The notes under the pieces are model-generated. The model saw only the letters and a program-made list of their open reading frames with translations. It ran no database searches and had not been told where the DNA came from. DNA of 64,000 nt, taken from positions 48,020 through 112,019 of the forward strand of contig NIVC01003200.1 in NCBI GenBank assembly GCA_002269645.1. Direction: 5' to 3'. Shown here one piece after another: positions 62,505 to 64,000 of this stretch. Position 1 is the stretch's first letter, and each line of letters opens with the position of its first letter. Position numbers and translations under genes: made by a program. The DNA comes from Macrostomum lignano. Taxonomy: Eukaryota.

Positions 62505-63975
62505 CGATTCTCTATCGGGCTGGGGTGGATTCTCTATCGGGCTGGGGTGGATTCTCTATCGGTTGGGGTGGATTCTCTATCGGGTTGGGGTGGATTCTCT
62601 ATCGGGCTGGGGTGGATTCTCTATCTGGCTGGGGTGGATTCTCTATCGGGTTGGGGTGGATTCTCTATCGGGTTGCGGTGGATTCTTTATCGGGTTGGGG
62701 TGGATTCTCTATCGGGTTGGGGTGGATTCTCTATCGGGTTGGGGTGGATTCTCTATCTGGCTGGGGTGGATTCTCTATCGGTTGGGGTGGATTCTCTATC
62801 GGTTGCGGTGGATTCTTTATCGGTTGGGGTGGATTCTCTATCGGGTTGGGGTGGATTCTCTATCGGGTTGGGTGGATTCTCTATCGGGCTGGGGTGGATT
62901 CTCTATCTGGCTGGGTGGATTCTCTATCGCGGTTGGGGTGGATTCTCTATCGGGCTGGGGTGGATTCTCTATCGGGCTGGGGGTGGATTCTCTATCTGGC
63001 TGGGGTGGATTCTCTATCGGGTTGGGGTGGATTCTCTATCGGCTGGGGTGGATTCTCTATCTGGCTGGGGGTGGATTCTCTATCGGGTTGGGGTGGATTT
63101 TCTATCGGGTTGGGAGGATTCTCTATCGGGTTGGGGTGGATTCTCTATCGGGCTGGGGTGGATTCTCTATCTGGCTGGGGTGGATTCTCTATCGGGTTGG
63201 GGTGGATTCTCTATCGGTTGGGGTGGATTCTCTATCGGGTTGGGGTGGATTCTCTATCGCGGTTGGGGTGGATTCTCTATCGGGCTGGGTGGATTCTCTA
63301 TCGGGTTGGGGTGGATTCTCTATCGGGCTGGGGTGGATTCTCTATCTGGCTGGGGTGGATTCTCTATCGGGTTGGGGTGGATTTTCTATCGGGTTGGGAG
63401 GATTCTCTATCGGGTTGGGGTGGATTCTCTATCGGGCTGGGGTGGATTCTCTATCTGGCTGGGGTGATTCTCTATCGGGTTGGGTGGATTCTCTATCGGG
63501 TTGGGGTAGATTTTCTATCGCGGCTGGGGTGGATTCTCTATCTGGCTGGGGTGGATTCTCTATCGGGTTGGGGTGGATTCTCTATCGGGCTGGGGTGGAT
63601 TCTCTATCGGGTTGGGGTGGATTCTCTATCGGTTGCGGTGGATTCTTTATCGGGTTGGGGTGGATTCTCTATCGGTTGGGGTGGATTCTCTATCGGGTTG
63701 GGGTGGATTCTCTATCGGCTGGGGTGGATTCTCTATCTGGCTGGGGTGGATTCTCTATCGGTTGGGGTGGATTCTCTATCGGGCTGGGAGGATTCTCTAT
63801 CGGGTTGGGGTGGATTCTCTATCGGGATGGGGTGGATTCTCTATCTGGCTGGGGTGGATTCTCTATCGGTTGGGTGGATTCTCTATTGGGTTGGGGTGGA
63901 TTCTCTATCGGGCTGGGGTGGATTCTCTATCGGGTTGGGGTGGATTCTCTATCGGGTTGGGGTGTATTCTCTATC
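62505..63975. repeat. 21-23 nt G-rich minisatellite (GGGYTGGGGTGGATTCTCTATC) in the Rab24 intron
   Basis: About 65 units; the 345-aa and 137-aa ORFs are artefacts. Confidence 0.97.
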
Positions 63976-64000
63976 CAACGGAATGACGCAAACAGAACAA

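Noticed and set aside
62170-62530. Plus-strand reading with an in-frame TGA (…FAGRLN*QGANAWVTRVSELRAKLQD…) as a readthrough or selenoprotein gene, with the array as a duplicated donor
   Set aside because: The minus strand gives a clear Rab24 C-terminus; the plus frame is its antisense shadow.

Overview
Eukaryotic (metazoan) genomic DNA, not prokaryotic. GC-rich, poly-Ala/poly-Gln exons, AT-rich intergenic blocks and very dense 18-40 nt minisatellites are reminiscent of a macrostomid flatworm such as Macrostomum; the taxon is an inference only. Four spliced genes can be built by hand. (1) An orphan two-Ig-domain single-pass membrane protein (minus, 4170-6716). (2) GID8/TWA1, the LisH-CTLH-CRA subunit of the CTLH E3 ligase (plus, 19652-23540). 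(3) An insulin/IGF receptor tyrosine kinase with 11 identified exons (minus, 27915-57600; signal-peptide exon not found), carrying three single-base frameshifts and one in-frame TGA as assembled. (4) The last exon of a Rab24-like GTPase (minus, 62168-62403). Roughly 25 kb (about 40%, hand estimate) of the window is tandem repeat in about 33 arrays. Every identified receptor intron carries at least one, many within 5-60 nt of a splice site, and several unit families recur at unrelated loci. Most long ORFs in the six-frame track are translations of these arrays and are not genes. tRNA-derived SINEs and several MITEs with clean 8-bp target-site duplications are also present.
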